Origin: Epiperipatus broadwayi
Lineage: Eukaryota > Animalia > Onychophora
Direction of reading: 5' to 3'
Length of the DNA: 64,000 nucleotides
NCBI GenBank assembly: GCA_028023455.1
Contig: JAQFVV010000008.1
Span: forward strand, 15,624,001 to 15,688,000
In this document: positions 59,930-64,000 of the stretch, one piece after another
How positions within the stretch are numbered: position 1 is the first letter of the stretch
Layout: each line of letters begins with the position of its first letter
Program-made: the position numbers and the translations under genes
Notes under the pieces: generated by a model
Seen by the model: only the letters and a program-made list of their open reading frames with translations
What the model was told of the DNA's origin: nothing
Database searches by the model: none

Positions 59930-60538
59930 CTTTAACAAAATATATATATATATTTATTGAAATATGTAAGTCTCACTGATATATTATATTTTTAAAGTAG
60001 TAATTCTGCAACTAAATTACATATGCACTGTAATTAAGACATAAATTAGCAATATGATAGAAAAAAATTATAAAACTATACATATATTGTCCATTGGTAA
60101 AGTGTGTGTGTTTAATTTCTTCTAAGAAAATGAAGTGTCTTTCATTTTCAAAGTCTCCCAATTAATTCAAATATAGTAAAAAAAAAAAGGTGAGGGTGGG
60201 GACAGTTAAATAAATAAAGTTATTCTGCAACTTTGGAGAAATATATTAATATATCATAGGTTAAAATAATATTAAATAATATTTTTATAATAAATTCAAG
60301 AAAGAGAATAAAGATGTACTGGAAATGAAAGAATTACTAATTTGGATCAAAAGTAAATAAGCAAAAATATATAAATTATTTGCAAGTATATAAAACTTTA
60401 CTTAATACAATTAAATATCTAATAATTTGAAATACAAAATTTTTTTAAATAAATTTCAAAGTAAAATAAAACAAACTAATTGAAAAAATAAGAACTTAAC
60501 TTTAGAGACAAAAAAGAATAGTAATTTAACATATTTAT

Positions 60539-60958
60539 TGCAGTATATTGGCTCTTCAATTACTGCACACAAAAGTTAATTAGCGAACTAGTTGGTTTAA
60601 TTCTCAATACAGATCGATGCTTACTAATTTACAGTTTATACAAAGTTCTGATTCCCGCCGAGCTATGTTAGAAAAATACACTATGTACATACGATAACAA
60701 ATACTCGCACGATAATTCTGAACGTATAGTTTCTACGTCTAACTTCTCTTCTTTCTCCACAAGGGTAATACACAATTCTCACGAATTCACTTAAAACGCT
60801 CTGTACTCACTCTGTTGATCTTTTCAAAAATGGCACCCTTTTTATCTGTTTGCTTTCTTTTGTTTTCTGGAGTAACTATTATAAATTAAGGTGGGATTTA
60901 ATTAAATTGGGTTCTGCTAATTAAATTCCTTCGTTATCTGTTTAATTAGTTTGTTACA
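60539..60958 (-). repeat. Probable solo LTR
   Basis: Minus strand TGTAACAAAC...ATACTGCA with TATAAA followed by ATTAAA; CpG-richer than the flanks; no TSD fits these ends. Confidence 0.4.
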
Positions 60959-63900
60959 ATTGATTGCATTTCAAGCTAACATCTATGATTAAAATATTAG
61001 TAGCAAAATTTAAAGATTTAACAATAAAATAATATTTTAGAATAAGATACTTTCGTATGTACGTTTAATTTAAAATGCATATATTACATTTATAATAAAC
61101 AATAATGAATGAAAAGTTTGCCTTTGTGTTAGAGAAGTGGCATCAATTGAATAGATGGGTATTTAAATAAGGTTCTCTAGAAATATATGATTACCATTTT
61201 AGATTTTTTTCTGATCAATGCTACAACAATCTATGCTAATTAGATTAAAGAATCAACTGCACAGTAAAAACATCAGTAAAAAAATAAAGAAATACAAGCA
61301 ATAACCAAGAATCAATTAGGTATGGGAAACATATTAAAAAGAATCTAGAAGTTGGCTTAACATTATAAAATTTCTAATGTTAATATGATCTCAATATCTG
61401 AAGATACTTTCCCAAATGGCTGGCCATTCATCAACTTTCTGAATATGTAAGTGGTCACTTATTAACCTGATGATATAATGCAAAGCTGAATTTATATTGA
61501 TAAAGATCTTGAACTAAATGACATTCCAGAATAAACAATAGCTAAATCCTTATATATAGCACTACATCATGGAGAAAAATTTAATAGAATAAATTCCATA
61601 AGAGCAATAATATTTTGTAAAAACCCAATTTATACAGTCAAATATAAAAATCCATGAGAATAAAAAAATAGTAAATCTAGGTATAAACATAGACATACAC
61701 ACACATATGTACATCCTTTATTAAAACTAAGAGGACTATTTATAGAATTCAATTATTTAAAAGCTAAATAGCAGTATCAAGTTTAACTATAATTTTCCTT
61801 CTTTGTGAATGTGATAACCTTTTATTTTTTCTCCTCTATGGAAGCATTCTTTCCTCCTCCAAAAACCCTTCATTGTTTTATACACATACCCCTATTATAC
61901 AATAAGCCATATGTGACAGAACAATAATTTTTGATGCAAAAAAAAATTGCAATGTATCAAGTCAGTATATCAGAAAGCAAATTAGAAATTTATTAAGAAT
62001 ACCTAATTTCTTATTTTAAAGATGATGATATCTTAGGGTGATGTGTAATGATTATCTTTATATGTGTGTATGATTTTATAATATTTTATGTATTATTAAG
62101 CTGTTATGTTCTAAAATAGAGATAAAGAATAAATTATGCATACCTCCAAAATTGAACTAAAAAAGCCACAAAAAAAAAAAAAACTCTTCCAAAATCAGAG
62201 TATGATAGAATTGAAGATTATAGACTAATCAAATTGTCAGTCCTTAGTTCTATTTGTTATCAACCCAAAAATTTTCTCTTTAAGTCACAAAGCTTGCTTA
62301 GGAATAAATTATACAGGACATGCATATTTTGATTATTATAAATCTACGAGCATTAGGGTTTATATCTGATTTATATTAACATTTGTTGGAAACCATAATC
62401 AAATTGTCTATATTAATAAAATACATTAAATAGAATTTGTTCATATATATGTAAAATTTGTTGTGTGCTAAAGATTATTTATTTGCAATGCATATTGTTT
62501 TCTTAAATGAATCATGACTAATTATCAATAGTCATAATCCTTGAATGACTGGGCTGATGCAATGAATTACTGGTGAAAACTGAGAAAAATCTGAGTAGGA
62601 GTAACAGTGCATAGGATCTATTGTTGTATAACTGAGTCTATTGAGAGAAATAGTAATAATCAGAAAAGTAAACTGAATGATTGTTCCATACCCTCAGATG
62701 ATTTAATTATATAAATAAAGTATTCTGATAATGATAAAGAAATTTTTTAGGATAGTTATGATCAGTTAAGCTTGGTTAAAAAAATTTAATACAAGAAATA
62801 CAAATGAAATTTTATAGAAAGATATAAACAGAAAAACTAATAGTGATAAAACTACAAATACAGAATTAGTATATTTTGTGGGAGAAAAGTTTATTGAGGT
62901 TATAAACAGTTAAGTTAACTAGTAGTGCCAGAAGAGCTTATATTATATAATGAGACAGTGACTAAACTAACTCATTTGTTCTATCAAAAGATATAGCTGG
63001 ATTCTTTTTCTGCAAAACGTCAGAAAAGCATGTATAATTTATTATGATATAGTACACAGAGTCATAAATAAATGCTTGGAAATTTCTATTCAGTCAGCAA
63101 CTGTGAAAATACATAGAGATAGATTATATCAGCAATTTCTGAAAGAGAATGATGACTTGTCACACAAAGTGGCAATTAATTTTAAAAATAGTTTAAATAT
63201 GTACCGGTGTTAGCCAGTTGAGAAAATTTCAAAGTGGAAATTCACAAAAAAATCCTCATGCAGTCATACATAAAATGTTGAAATAAATCTTATCTACTGC
63301 AACAGAAGAAGAAATAATAACTGGAAGTTAAAATGTCTTTGTTGCTGCCATGTTCATGGGGAGACAATTTCAGCTGTGTAAGTGAAAATGATTAATACAT
63401 CATAATTTGAATATATATATCAGCAAGTTTATTTCTGTTTGCTAAGGTGTTAACTTAACAATATAACAAGTACAATAAAATTATATTACTGATAATAATT
63501 TATCTTGTTTACTTTTGGAAATTGCTATGGAATATATTTAGTGTATGAAAATATCTTATTTCACATACTGCCAATAGTTACATAGTTCATTAATCTACAA
63601 ATGGTTTGGTTACTCACCTAATTAAAGCCCATGCAAACTTCTTTCCATTTGAACTTTAATAATAAGTAAATGACTAAAACTAACTTTATTGAGCATTATC
63701 TTTGCTCCCTTTTGAGAATGCATTGTTTTACTTTTGGCAGTCATAACAGTGACCAATTGCTGCATGCTAAGAATCTCGTCTTTTTATTAACTAAACTAAT
63801 TTATATAATTTACTTTATAAGTTTTTTTATATAATACATTTTTTTCTAGAGTAATCATTTTGGAGAGGGGGGAGAATAAAAGTGCTGTCAGTACAATATA

Positions 63901-64000
63901 CATGATTTAATTAAAACTTTATTTACATACAAATTTTAAATATTTGTAACGTCAGTACATCTGCCCCTCACTCTAGAAAATAATCTCTATATCTGGCAGG

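Overview
AT-rich animal genomic DNA; an invertebrate, plausibly a chelicerate or myriapod, is inferred from the transposon families and the PARP type. One host gene is visible: three spliced minus-strand exons (59796-59929, 50746-50920, 40542-40795) encode the C-terminal catalytic domain of a PARP14/15/12-like mono-ADP-ribosyltransferase. The short exons were read by hand because the ORF track largely misses them. The rest is mostly retroelements. (1) A three-layer nest: an old RTE LINE is split by a 13.5-kb Ty3/gypsy element (2623-16078) with ~1.95-kb LTRs, whose 5' LTR carries a young, fully open 3.1-kb LINE. (2) A near-intact RTE LINE (24083-26567) with a 12-bp TSD and one nonsense codon, plus two decayed copies. 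(3) Several Mag/K02A2.6-type LTR elements that keep gag but lack pol. (4) Fold-back elements carrying minimal hammerhead-ribozyme motifs of Penelope-like type. The most unusual signals are the hammerhead family with compensatory changes and a TSD-flanked derivative, a ~35-bp-period array of primer-binding-site-like units (47438-47662), and a 1.9-kb protease-RT spacer that ends at a splice-acceptor-like motif exactly where the RT frame opens. Divergence values are by-eye estimates, not computed.
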